A DNA stretch of 64,000 nucleotides from Octopus sinensis (GCF_006345805.1 NC_042997.1:115630001-115694000); one strand, 5' to 3'; counted from the first letter of the stretch, positions 25,755 through 38,420 are shown. Translations and numbers: made by a program. The notes: generated by a model from the sequence alone, not told the origin.

Positions 25755-26236
25755 CCACACTGCAGACAGGTCTAAATTTTCCTAATTCCTTTTAAAAGGC
25801 AAGTTGTACGCATGCATGCATGTTTGTATGTATGTAGAATAGATCGTTTATGGTGTTAATAGTAACGTGTGGCCAAATAAAAACTGTTGCATGATCGGGA
25901 ACGGGTTAGTCAATTACATCGACCCCAGTGTTTAACTAGTGATTATTTTATCGATCTCGAAAAGCTGAATGACGAAGACAATCTCAGAGGGCATTTGAAA
26001 CCGAAAAGGTGGACGAAATGCCGCTAAGCATTTTATCCGGCGTGCTAGAATTCACCCAGCTCACCATCTTACAAACCATTATTGTTATTATGAAATAAGA
26101 AGGGGTGATGGATTGGTAGAATCGTTAGAGTGTCGCTAAAAATGCTTAATGGTATTTGTTCCGGATCTTTATGATCTGAGTTCAAATCCCGTAAGATCCA
26201 AGTTCGACTTTCATCCTTCGCGGTTGACAAAATAAT

Positions 26237-26413
26237 ATGCTGGAGCACCGCCTTTAGAGGAGCAAATCGACCCCGGGACTTATTCTTTGTAAACCTAGTA
26301 CTTATTCTATCGGTCACTTTGCCGAACCGCTAAGTTACGGGGACATAAACACACCAGTAACGGTTGTCAAGCGATGTTGGGGGGGGGGTGCAAACACAGA
26401 CACACAAACATAT

Positions 26414-26446
<33 letters not shown>

Positions 26447-26615
26447 CATATATACAACGGGCTTCTTTCAGCTTCCGTCTACCAAATCCACCCACAAGGC
26501 TTTGGTCGGCCCGAAGCTATAGTAGAAGACACTTGCTCGAGGTGCCACACAGTGGGAATGAACCCAGAACCATGTGGTTGGTAAGCAAGCTACTTACCAC
26601 ACAGCCACTACTGCA
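26237..26615 (-). mobile_element. SINE family A, 3'-truncated
   Basis: Consensus blocks on minus strand. Confidence 0.8.
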
Positions 26616-26685
26616 AATAAAGCTGCCAATTGTTTACTATAATTCTTTGCTAAAAACACAGTAACATTTTTACTTATTTTTTAAA

Positions 26686-26758
26686 GAAATAGTCTGGGAT
26701 TCGAACCCGAGACCTCTCGCACTCAAAATAAGAATCATACCCCCTCGACCAACGAACC
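26686..26758 (-). pseudogene. decayed tRNA-Pro(TGG-derived)
   Basis: GGGATTCGAACCC...CTCTCGCAC...AATCATACCC with many changes; 3' acceptor strand lost. Confidence 0.75.
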
Positions 26759-27251
26759 TCACACTGGATTCCAGCTCTAAATTTTCCTATTTCTTTTCAA
26801 AAGGCAAGTAAGCGTGCATGCATGCATGTTTCTATTTATGTATATATGTATGTATATCAGGTCATTTTTGGTGTTACTAGTATCGTGTAACCAAATAAAA
26901 ACTGTCGCATGATAGGGCCGTCAGCGACTAAACCGGCAACACTACCAAGCCTGGGTGATAAGGAAGGTGTGGTTTATTTAGGCACCCGGTTGGACGAAAA
27001 ACAAAACCTGTCGACGGACCAATTAACTAAGATGAGTCCACTGCCATTTAACTGCTGGGTGTAAGAGACCCCTTATCTTTGTTTAGTCAGCCCTGAACGA
27101 GAAGAAATTCCGTTATAACACCCGCCTCACCGCTAAGCCGGAGTTCTTGTTCCGTTATTTATCTATGATGATGATGTTGATGATGAAATTATAGGGAAAA
27201 TGAAATATTGCAAGTAATCTAAATAGCAAGCTAAAAGAAAAATAAATTATT

Positions 27252-27314
27252 TGGCTCGTCCGGGATTCGAACTCGGTACCTCTCGCACATGAAGCGAAAA
27301 ACCATACCTCTAGA
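27252..27314 (-). pseudogene. 5'-truncated tRNA-Pro relic (loop reads CAT)
   Basis: 3' half recognisable, 5' acceptor strand absent. Confidence 0.75.
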
Positions 27315-28308
27315 TATGTCAGACATGTGAAAGAATCTGCTGGTTTCAACGATCTTGAAAGGGCTTAAGCGTCCAAAGCTGGATTTTTTTTTATAAGAGT
27401 AGAGGAAGAAAGTTCTAGAAAATTGAATCACGCGACGGCTTCACGCTGATTACTTGGTTGACTTTTCGGGAACGAGTTAATCGATTACATCGACCCCAGT
27501 GTTTAAATGGTGCTTATTTTATCGATCCCGGAACGCTTAAAGGCGAAGTCAATCTTAGAAGGCATTTGAAACAAAACATAAAGATGGACGAATGCCGCTA
27601 AGCATTTTGTCCGGCGTGCTACAATTCAACCAGCGTGCCGCATTAGAACACATTCTCGTTATTACGAAATAAGAAGGGTGATGGGTTGACAGAGTTATTA
27701 GGGCGTTGCTTCCGGCACTTTATGACCTGATTTGAAATCACGTGAGATCTAACTTACATCCTTCGCGTTTGATGAAAAAAACTGTTTGAAGTATATTCGA
27801 ACTCCCCATAAAACCATTCACTGTATTTATCGTCAGAGAAAATTGCTCTCTGTAAACAGTTTGGAATATTACCTAACCTGATTGGTCGACACATGCATTT
27901 CTCAGTGGTTTTCTCATCTTCAGAACCAGACTCCGGAAAGGAAGGGGCTATAAGGTTTTATCCGCGTGCATCATAGCGTAGAGCTTTCATTCAGTATTTG
28001 ATTTCTTGGATCTTTACCATTTGACCTACAGATTTTAAAATAATTTTATGTAACTAAACACTTTCAAACTTCGGACACTGGTAGAATGTGTCATATAAAA
28101 CATCTTTTGCTCTTAGCGTTTTTGAGAAAAACTTATATTTACAAAGTTATTTCACGCAAAAGTTCTCGTATTTCGGTAATTTCAACTAATCAATAACGTG
28201 TATTCAGCTGAATAAAATTACAGCCTTTGTTTGTCAACAATAAAGTATAAACACACACACATATATTTTAACAATGAATATGATACCTTACACCAATCGA
28301 GTAGGTAC

Positions 28309-28379
28309 GGCTCGTTGGTCTAGGGGTATGATTCTCGCTTGTGTGCGAGAGGTCCAGGGTTCGAATCCCGGACGAGCGC
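28309..28379 (+). pseudogene. tRNA-Pro with 6-nt anticodon loop
   Basis: Loop TTGTGT; T-stem and acceptor mismatches; left arm of a palindrome. Confidence 0.8.
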
Positions 28380-28424
28380 ATAAAATTTTTATAAATTTTT
28401 TTTATATATTTATAAAAAATTTAT

Positions 28425-28496
28425 GGGCTCGTCCGGGATTCGAACCCGGGACCTCTCGCACCCGAAGCGAGAATCATACCCCTAGACCAACGAGCC
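28425..28496 (-). tRNA. tRNA-Pro(CGG)
   Basis: Perfect canonical sequence; right arm of a palindrome. Confidence 0.96.
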
Positions 28497-28936
28497 GGAC
28501 CTAGTCGACTGGTGTAAGGTTTCATATTTATTGTTAAAAAGCAAGTATTAATATTTTTTATCTATTCTTATTACCAGAGGCGCAGCCGACGTTTGAACAA
28601 GGAGTGTCGTTTTAGACTACTTAGACTGTTGTCGAGTTCTTCTTGCTCCGGATACACGATTTGTTATTCATGAAAGAAATATCGAAGAGAAAACTTAATT
28701 TAGCAAAGGAAGGCGATAAAATTTTGTAAGGCATTAATTCACGTCTTCTGCGGTTCGTTTCGCGAGAGATCCCAGATGCATTCCAGTGCACTTTTTTTTA
28801 CTATTTATTATATTCCACCTTTTCTCATCTTTGGTAAAAGATAGCTTATATTTTTAGTTTCTAGGTTTTTATTTTTAATTTAATTGATGTATTTCACTTT
28901 ATAATTTTAAATATCTCTTACATTCCCCACCATACA

Positions 28937-28978
<42 letters not shown>

Positions 28979-29001
28979 ATATATATTATATATATATATA
29001 T

Positions 29002-29346
29002 AGGTAAACAGTAAAAATAATTACAGACATGGACAAGAACATGAAACACCACAGAGACGACACAAGAACCACAGGACGGGACATTCGAAGCCCTCAGTCA
29101 TCAGTCAAGAACCAGATCATCTTAGCAATTTCGGCTGATTAATCTTGAGATTGCTCCGATATGGCCAGCCAGCCAAGGGAAATCTAAGCCAAGCGCATTA
29201 GATCCCCTGGAAGAAAGCTTCGAATGTATACAACGCGAGGACGGAAAACGAACGAAGTACATAAACAAAAATACAGAATACGTGACACCAATAAGAATAC
29301 AAAAACGTAAAAACAATAACGGTAAAAATAAAAATAAAAAATAATA

Positions 29347-29350
<4 letters not shown>
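29002..29350. mobile_element. unclassified interspersed repeat between (TA)n tracts (related copies ~34240-34530, ~55990-56200)
   Basis: Shared core CAATTTCGGCTGATTAATCTTGAGATTGCTCC in three places. Confidence 0.6.
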
Positions 29351-29416
<66 letters not shown>

Positions 29417-30216
29417 TATATATATAAAATATCTTTTACTCTTAGTATCTTTTATAGATTTTTTTTCTGATGATTAACTAGTCAGGCTCTTATTGACAGT
29501 TTATTGCTAATTAATAATTTAATGCCTCTAGGTTTAAATCTTCGCTTTTTATTAATATACCTTTTGTTAAATATTTAGGGAGTAGATTTGAAGATTCATT
29601 TTATCGATTCAAGTGAACTAAAGGAAATTTGGAATATAATTTTTATTTGCTTTGCATTCTTTGAATTGGAACTCGGAATGGAAAGACAGAAGAAATGACG
29701 CCAAGCATTTTGTCCGGGTTGCTAACGATCGACCAGTTGACTGCCTTGGAAGCCATTTTCATTATTATGAAATAAGAAAGGTGGCGGAATGGGACAATCA
29801 CTTGAACGTCGCTAAAAATGCTTAGCAGCATTTCTCCTGGATCCTTATGATCTCAGTTCAAATTACGTGAGATCCAACTTCGCCTTTCGCCCTTCGAGGT
29901 TGATAAAAAGAATCACCTGAGGCATATTCGAACCCGTAACAAAGCCATTCACTTTATGTATCATTGGAGAGAAAGACAGATACGAGTAAACACACCAAGT
30001 TTGCAGCGTTCCCTAACTAGATTGGTGGGTGCATGCATTTCGGAGTGATTATTTCCTCCTCAGTACCAGAAACCGTACAGCGTAGGCACTGCAAGTATGT
30101 ATCAGTGAATATCATTCCTCTACGCATTCATTCAAAATTATATTTTTTCTGTCTGTACCACAATTCCCTAAAGCAAATAGAACACAAAACATATTCATAA
30201 AAAATAAGTATATAGT

Positions 30217-30289
30217 AGACTCGTCGGGGATCCGAACCCGGGACCTCTCACTCTCTAGGCGAAGAATCATACCCCTAGACCAACGAGCC
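30217..30289 (-). pseudogene. decayed tRNA-Pro
   Basis: 5' end canonical; anticodon arm and acceptor disrupted. Confidence 0.8.
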
Positions 30290-31311
30290 AACCGTAAAAA
30301 ACCTTGATAATATGTAAGATGTAGAAAACTCTGATACACAACTGACAAACGTTGTCTCTATTTCACATGTCTTCGTATTTTAAAAATTCGGACCACATCG
30401 TATGAGCTGGACCGAAGTTCTCTTTTCTAGATTGATTCTGGTGATTAACAACTCTCGTTCTTGTAAACGTTTTATTACTAATTAATAATTTAATGTCTCT
30501 AAATTTAATTTCTCGGTTTTAATTAATGTACCTAGTGTTAAATATGTGGCCAGTGGATCTGAGTGTGTTGCGAGCGGGGGGGTTTGTGGGCTGGTCTTAG
30601 ATGATCCCTGGTTGAGTTGATGACTGAAAATGTTATTTGGGGCTACGCGAAAAAGTAACTGAACAGCACCCACGAACATTTAACACAAGATTTTATTATC
30701 GCACATAAACACAAACTGTGTTGGCCCTTTACAAATAACAACTACAATAATTACATACTAGGAGTGACATGTTACCCGGCAAGCTTACTGATACACGCAA
30801 TCTGTGACTGACCCGTGGTACCGAGACACAATTGTGCTATTGACAATCAGTTATCTGTCTCAAGACAGTTTGACTGTTCCTCAACAAACTACCCCGCAAG
30901 TGATGAGACATATGAATGAATTGGCTGGTTTCAACACCCTACAAAGAGTTCAAGCGCTAAAAGTGCCATTTTTTTAAATAAGGAAATTTCTAGAAAATTG
31001 AATCAAGCGACGACTTCACGCCTGTTGGTTGCTTAATACACCGATCACGTGAAATGGTCGTAGAGTCTGACCGATAACCTAGCGGTTCAGTTTCGAATTG
31101 CCGCTTAGAGGGTTAAACAGAGGACCATTTCATCGATCCAATGAAACGGTTGAAATTTGTGAAATCATTTTTATTTTCTTCCCATTCCAAGCACATGGCC
31201 CTGAATTTTCGGGAAACGGACCCCAATGCGTAAATAGTGATTATTTTAATCGATCCGAAAATGCTAAAAATACAATAAAATTTTTATTTATTTATAAAAA
31301 ATAAATCTGAA

Positions 31312-31383
31312 GGGCTCGTCCGAGATTCGAATCCAGGACCTATCGCACCCAAAGCGAGAATCATACCCCTAGACCAACGAGCC
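31312..31383 (-). pseudogene. tRNA-Pro(TGG) with broken T arm
   Basis: G53A plus other T-stem mismatches and A42T. Confidence 0.7.
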
Positions 31384-31720
31384 TAACACTAACGACATTT
31401 CTAAATGTTCCTATTTCCTTTTAAAAGACAAGTTTCAAGCATGCATGCATGTTTGTATGTATGTAGATCAGGTCGTTTTTGGTGTTAATAGTAACGATGG
31501 CCAAATAAAAACTGTTGCATGATCGGGAACAGGTTAGTCAATTACATCGACCCCAGCGTTTAGATCGTGCTTATTTTATCGATCCCGAAAAGCTGAATGA
31601 CGAAGGGAATTTGAAACCGAACATAAAGACGGACGAGCTTTCATTCTGTATCAGATTTATTTCAGCACCATAATTCCATGTTGCAAATATAATACAAAAT
31701 ACAGTTATAACAAAAACGAA

Positions 31721-31792
31721 GGGCTCGTCCGGGATTCGAACCCGGGACCTCTCGCACCCAAAGCGAGAATCATACCCCTAGACCAACGAGTC
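31721..31792 (-). tRNA. tRNA-Pro(TGG), one acceptor mismatch
   Basis: G2A, otherwise canonical. Confidence 0.8.
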
Positions 31793-32242
31793 ACACTTAC
31801 ACGGGAGCTTAAACTATCATATTTCTTGTTAAAAATATATGTTTTATCTATTGTTATTACCAGAAGCAGAGCTGACGTGTAGGCAAGGAGTGTCGTTTTA
31901 GACTATTTAGACTGTTATGGATTTCTTCTTGCTCCGGATTCACGATTTTCTTCATAGAAGAAATATCGAAGAGAAAACTTAATTTAGCAAAGAAAGACAA
32001 TAACATTCCGTAAGGCATTAATTCAAGTCTGCTGCGGGTCGTTTCGCGAGAGATCCCAGATGAATCCTAGTGCACTTGTTTTTACCATTTATTTTATTCC
32101 ATCTTTCCTCTTCTTTGATACAACACAGCTTACAATAAAATCTTGCAAGTTGAATTCAACACATAATACTATCTCGAATTTAGAATTGAGTTACAGATAT
32201 TTCAAACGGTATTTTAAAAAGTGTACTGTCATAAAAATTAAC

Positions 32243-32314
32243 GGGCTCGTCCGGTATTCGAACGCGGGACCTCTCGCACCCGAAACGAAAATCATACCTC
32301 TAGATCAACGAGCC
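32243..32314 (-). pseudogene. decaying tRNA-Pro(CGG)
   Basis: Several stem mismatches; carries U27 and an AGG-type upstream flank. Confidence 0.7.
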
Positions 32315-32909
32315 AACTGTGTAAAGAAATGAAGATATGTAATAAATAGTAAACTCTGAAACTCTTCTAACACACATACGTCTCTATTTCACGCCATGTA
32401 GCAACACCGTTACAAGGGTTCAACCGAGGATCATTTTATCGATTCAATGAAACTGAAGAAATCTGTGAAACCATTTTAATTTTCCTCCCATTATAAGCAC
32501 AGGGCCTTGAATTTTGGGGGAAAGGGCTAGACGATTACATCGACCCCAGTGTTTAAATGGTGCTTATTTTATTGATCCCGTGAGATCCAACTTATTTCAT
32601 CCTTCGTGGTTGATAAAATAAAATGATTGGGGGATATTCAAACCCTAAAGAAAGGCATTCACTGTATTTATCAGTGGAAAAAATTTCCTTCTGTAGACAG
32701 TTTGGCCTCACTACCTAAGTTTGGAGTATTCACTAACCTAACTGATGGATGGATGCATTTCTCGGGGAGGGGGGCTCCTCTTCAGCCCCAGAAACCAGAA
32801 ATTAAAACGCTGCGAGTTTAGAACTGCGTACATCACTGCTTAGAGTTTTTATTCCGAATTAAAGATTTACTTACAGAGTAACAGTTATTTTATTTATTTA
32901 AAAATTATA

Positions 32910-32981
32910 GGGCTTGTCCGGGATTCGAACCCGGGACCTCTCGCACCCAAAGCGAGAATCATACCCCTAGACCAACGAGCC
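32910..32981 (-). tRNA. tRNA-Pro(TGG), one acceptor mismatch
   Basis: C5.A68 mismatch, otherwise canonical. Confidence 0.8.
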
Positions 32982-33389
32982 TCACTTGTCTAAATTATCA
33001 TATTTCCCCTGAAAAAGCAAGTATTAATAAATGAATCGGAAAATATACGGGAAATAGTGAATTCTGAAAGTCACCTTGCACGCATGTGTATCTATTTCAC
33101 TACATACTTTAAAAAATTTTGCTTGTTGCAGTCATTAGACTGCGGCCATGCTGGGGCAGCACCTTGGACAATTTTAGTCAAGCGAATAAACCCACGTACT
33201 TATTATTTTTGAAGTCAGGTGCGTATTTTGTCGCTTTTGCTATTGCCCAACTGTTATGTTACGGTGACGTAAAAACACCAACATCGGCTGCCAAGCTGTT
33301 GTGGGCGACAAACAGAAGACACACACACAAACATATATCAATCAGGGCCGCAGTCAAATTACTGAAACAAGTATAAATATATGTGCATA

Positions 33390-33543
33390 TGTGAAGTATA
33401 TTTGCCATCTAAATGTGGTTAACCACTAAGGGAGGATGTTACTGTAGCTTGTAGCCCCAGGAGAACAACTTCTACAAGCTACAAGCTACAGTAGCATCCA
33501 CCCTTAGTGGTTAACCACATTTAGATGGCAAATATACTTCACA
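33390..33543. mobile_element. ~150-bp fold-back element (paralog 55110-55263)
   Basis: ~65-bp inverted arms TGTGAAGTATATTTGCCATCTAAATGTGGTTAACCAC... Confidence 0.7.
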
Positions 33544-33565
33544 ATGTCGTGCAGTTGCTGTTTAT

Positions 33566-33606
<41 letters not shown>

Positions 33607-34888
33607 TGTGTGTGTGCGTGTGCGCGCGCGCGTGTGTGTGTGCGTGTGCGCGCGCGTGTGTGTGTGTCAGTAATATATTTTATAATATAGGCACAAGGTT
33701 CGACGTTATAGGCGAAAGAGTTAGGCGATTACATCGACTCCTATGCTCAACCCTTACTTATTTTAGCCCTGAAAGGATGAAAGGATGAAAGAATTTCACC
33801 TCAGAACGTAAAGACGGACAAAATGCTGCTAAGCACTTTGTCCGGCGTGACAACGATTCTGCCAGCTCGTTTCTCTCGAAACATCCGAAATACCAAAAAC
33901 ACAAACTCGTTCAATTATCCCAAAGATTTTACAACAAAACCTTGCAAGTTGAATTCAACACATAAAACTATCTCCAATTTGGAATTGACTTACAGATGTT
34001 TCATACGGTGTTTTAAAAAGTGTAATATCAGAATTGTGAATAGGCTTTGGAGTGGCTGTGTGGTACGTAGCTGGCTTACCAAACCACACGGTTCCAGGTT
34101 CAGTCATACATGTATGTATGTATGTATGTATGTATGTATGTATGTATGTATGTATGTATGTATGCGTGTATGTATGTATGTATGTATGTGTGTATGTAAG
34201 AGAACAAAGTGTACGTACGTCGCTATATATATATATAAAATAAGTTACAAAACGAGAAAGAACGCAAAACATCCGGACAACTAAGTGATACAAAAAGAGA
34301 CAACAAAACATCTAGATAGACGATACAAAGAAAAAAATGCGGACGGCTCATTCGAAGCTTTTTATCTTCAGCCAAGAACCGGATCATCCTCGCAATTTCG
34401 GCTGATTAATCTTGAGATTGCTCCAATTTGGCCAACCCCAAGGAAAAACTAAGTCAAGAGCATTAGATTCCTTGGAAAAAAGCATCGAATGTATACGAAA
34501 CGAGGACGGAAAAGCAGACGATGCATGTATGTACTACGTACGTACGTACGTACATACATACATACATACATACATACATACATACATACATACATACATA
34601 CATAAATACATACATACATATATACATACATACATACATACATACGTACATACATACATACATACGTACGTACGTAGAGAGAGGGGTGGGGAGGAAATGG
34701 ATCTCTAGTTTATAATAAAAATACAGTATTACAAATCCAGTGGCAGATAGCCTTACCTAACAGTTGCTAAATCTGTGTGACCCTCGAAAGGACAAGAACA
34801 GGAATGATGAAAGTATAAGGAAAATAAAGTATTGCATTTGATGTAAATAGCAAAAATATATAAAAGAAAAAAAGTGAAATACCGTGTT

Positions 34889-34960
34889 GGGCTCGTCCGG
34901 GATTCGAACCCGGGACCTCTCGCACCCTAAGCGAAAATCATACCCCTAGACCAACGAGCC
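34889..34960 (-). tRNA. tRNA-Pro(AGG), U27 variant
   Basis: 72 nt canonical except C27T. Confidence 0.93.
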
Positions 34961-35239
34961 AACTGCTAATAAGCTCGAAAATATACGGGAAATAGTAAAT
35001 TCTGAAACTCACCTTGCACACATGTGTATCTATTTCACTATTTATTGCTTGTTGCAGTCATTAGACTGTGGCCATGCTGGGACAGCACCTTCTACAATTT
35101 TAGTGAAGCGAATCATCAATCCAAATTCTCGTTATTTTTGAAATCAGGGGCGTATTTTGTCCTTTCTGCTATTGACCAACCGTAAAAACACCAACACCGG
35201 CTGCCAAGCTGTTGCGGACGACAAACACAGAAATAAGAT

Positions 35240-35319
<80 letters not shown>

Positions 35320-35327
35320 ATATATAT

Positions 35328-35360
<33 letters not shown>

Positions 35361-35584
35361 TTCTTTACTACCCACAAGGGGCTAAACATAGAGGGGACAA
35401 ACAAGGACAGACAAACGGATTAAGTCGATTACATCGACCCCAGTGCGTAACTGGTACTTAATTTATCGACCCCGAAAGGATAAAAGGTAAAGTTGACCTC
35501 GGCGGAATTTGAACTCAGAACGTAACGGCAGACGAAATACGGCTACGCATTTCGCCCGGCGTGCTAACGTTTCTGCCAGCTCGC
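35361..35584 (-). mobile_element. tRNA-derived SINE family B
   Basis: GGCGAGCTGGCAGAAACG head, GAGTTCAAATTCC B box, CCCCTTGTGGGTAGTAAAGAAAT end; absent from the 57-kb paralog. Confidence 0.8.
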
Positions 35585-35648
35585 CAACCTTAAAAATGAT
35601 TTAGCCCGAAAGTTGCAGCCATGCTGGGGCACCACCGTTGGTATATAT

Positions 35649-36651
35649 AACATCCCTCACTAGCTATGCTGATGACACAAAGGTAGCACAGGCAATCAAA
35701 AACCCAGCTGATGCTGACCTTTTACAACAAGATCTGGATGCCATATACAAATGGGCTGAAGACAACAACATGCAATTTAATGCTGGTAAATTTCAAGCCT
35801 TACAATATCAAGCTGTAAACACATATACATTACAACACAACTATACTGGTCCAGGAGGGATCGAAATCCCAGTATCGAAATCAATACGGGACCTGGGGAT
35901 AGACATGAGTGACGATGCATCTTTTTCTTCACACATCACGAAGGTGGCGACAATGTGCAGACGACTCACTGGCTGGATCCTGAGGACATTCCGGACAAGA
36001 GACTGCGAGACCATGTTGACACTATGGAGGACATTTGTCCTAGGCCGCCTGGACTACTGCTCCCAACTGTGGTCACCGCATAGTGTCAAACTAACCACAG
36101 AGCTTGAGACAATCCAAAGACATTTCACCAAGAGGATTTCCACCATGAAAGAAAAGAACTATTGGGAGAGGCTTAGGGAACTCAATTTGTACTCCTTGGA
36201 ACGAAGACGAGAGAGACATGCAGTGATGTACATATGGAAAATCCTGGAGGGACTAGCACCAAATTTTGGAATTGAGAGCTGTTCCAATCCCCGTACAGGA
36301 CGTCACTGTGTGATGCCAAAGGTCCCGTCTTCCACATCCAGGGTAAGGAGCAGATACTGTAATAGCCTGGGGTTCAGGGTCCCTCAGCTGTTCAACAAAC
36401 TGCCAAGAAAACTAAGAGATCTACATGATGCGGATGTGGACATTTTCAAAAAAACATCTAGACAAGCTGCTTTCCGGGATCCCAGATGAACCCACTGCAA
36501 GGTACGAAGGTAACCTAAGGGCAGCAGCTACAAACTCTCTCTTAGATCAGTGGCCAGCCACGGCAAACTGGACTTAGAGAGGGTAGCAACAAGGGCGGTG
36601 CCCCAGCATGGCCTCAGCCGGATGGCTGAAACAAGTAAAAGAGTAAAAGAG
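35649..36651 (+). mobile_element. 5'-truncated LINE (CR1/L2-group RT C-terminus, 3' UTR and tail)
   Basis: YADDTK, W..NNMQFNAGK, RDLGI, LDYCSQLWSP, LERRR; ends in (GTAAAAGA)2. Confidence 0.9.
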
Positions 36652-36672
36652 TATATATATATATATATATAT

Positions 36673-37268
36673 ACTCTGCATATCTCTCTCGTCTTCGTTC
36701 CAAGGAATACAAATTGAGTTCCCTAAGCCTCTCCCAATAGTTCTTTTCTTTCATGGTGGAAATCCTCTTGGTGAAATGTCTTTGGATTGTCTCAAGCTCT
36801 GTGGTTAGTTTGACACTATGCGGTGACCACAGTTGGGAGCAGTAGTCCAGGCGGCTTAGGACAAATGTCCTCCATAGTGACAACATGGTCTCGCAGTCTC
36901 TTGTCCGGAATGTCCTCAGGATCCAGCCAGTGAGTCGTCTGCACATTGTCGCCACCTTCGTGATGTGTGAAGAAAAAGATGCATCGTCACTCATGTCTAT
37001 CCCCAGGTCCCGTATTGATTTCGATACTGGGATTTCGATCCCTCCTGGACCAGTATAGTTGTGTTGTAATGTATATGTGTTTACAGCTTGATATTGTAAG
37101 GCTTGAAATTTACCAGCATTAAATTGCATGTTGTTGTGTTCAGCCCATTTGTATATGGCATCCAGATCTTGTTGTAAAAGGTCAGCATCAGCTGGGTTTT
37201 TGATTGCCTGTGCTACCTTTGTGTCATCAGCATAGCTAGTGAGGGATGTTGTTTGTGCTACCAAGGGC

Positions 37269-37275
<7 letters not shown>
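36673..37275 (-). mobile_element. inverted LINE RT fragment, repeat 1
   Basis: Reverse complement of ~35649-36223 with a few shared SNPs. Confidence 0.92.
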
Positions 37276-37309
<34 letters not shown>

Positions 37310-37517
37310 AACGGTGGTGCCCCAGCATGGCTGCAACTTTCGGGCTAAATCATTTTTAAGGTTGGCGAGCTGGCAGAAACGTTAGCACGCCGGGCGAAAT
37401 GCGTAGCCGTATTTCGTCTGCCGTTACGTTCTGAGTTCAAATTCCGCCGAGGTCAACTTTACCTTTTATCCTTTCGGAGTCGATAAATTAAGTACGAGTT
37501 ACGCACTGGGGTCGATG

Positions 37518-37547
<30 letters not shown>

Positions 37548-37548
<1 letters not shown>

Positions 37549-38143
37549 CTCTGCATATCTCTCTCGTCTTCGTTCCAAGGAATACAAATTGAGTTCCCTA
37601 AGCCTCTCCCAATAGTTCTTTTCTTTCATGGTGGAAATCCTCTTGGTGAAATGTCTTTGGATTGTCTCAAGCTCTGTGGTTAGTTTGACACTATGCGGTG
37701 ACCACAGTTGGGAGCAGTAGTCCAGGCGGCTTAGGACAAATGTCCTCCATAGTGACAACATGGTCTCGCAGTCTCTTGTCCGGAATGTCCTCAGGATCCA
37801 GCCAGTGAGTCGTCTGCACATTGTCGCCACCTTCGTGATGTGTGAAGAAAAAGATGCATCGTCACTCATGTCTATCCCCAGGTCCCGTATTGATTTCGAT
37901 ACTGGGATTTCGATCCCTCCTGGACCAGTATAGTTGTGTTGTAATGTATATGTGTTTACAGCTTGATATTGTAAGGCTTGAAATTTACCAGCATTAAATT
38001 GCATGTTGTTGTGTTCAGCCCATTTGTATATGGCATCCAGATCTTGTTGTAAAAGGTCAGCATCAGCTGGGTTTTTGATTGCCTGTGCTACCTTTGTGTC
38101 ATCAGCATAGCTAGTGAGGGATGTTGTTTGTGCTACCAAGGGC

Positions 38144-38150
<7 letters not shown>
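37548..38150 (-). mobile_element. inverted LINE RT fragment, repeat 2
   Basis: Appears identical to repeat 1; period ~875 bp. Confidence 0.92.
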
Positions 38151-38182
<32 letters not shown>

Positions 38183-38390
38183 AACGGTGGTGCCCCAGCA
38201 TGGCTGCAACTTTCGGGCTAAATCATTTTTAAGGTTGGCGAGCTGGCAGAAACGTTAGCACGCCGGGCGAAATGCGTAGCCGTATTTCGTCTGCCGTTAC
38301 GTTCTGAGTTCAAATTCCGCCGAGGTCAACTTTACCTTTTATCCTTTCGGAGTCGATAAATTAAGTACGAGTTACGCACTGGGGTCGATG

Positions 38391-38420
<30 letters not shown>

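Larger units (their letters stand above)
28266..28539. repeat. ~275-bp palindrome containing two tail-to-tail tRNA-Pro copies
   Basis: Flanks, genes and AT spacer are mutually reverse-complementary around a ~10-nt centre. Confidence 0.9.

Noticed and set aside
27252-27314. Anticodon shifts to CAT (27252) and CGT (52358, 61940)
   Set aside because: Copies lack the 5' acceptor strand and have broken stems, so this is neutral decay
29075-29110. Hammerhead-like CTGATGA...CGAATGTC on minus strand (also ~34350, ~56020)
   Set aside because: GAAA incomplete, stem II inconsistent among copies and no stem I pairing
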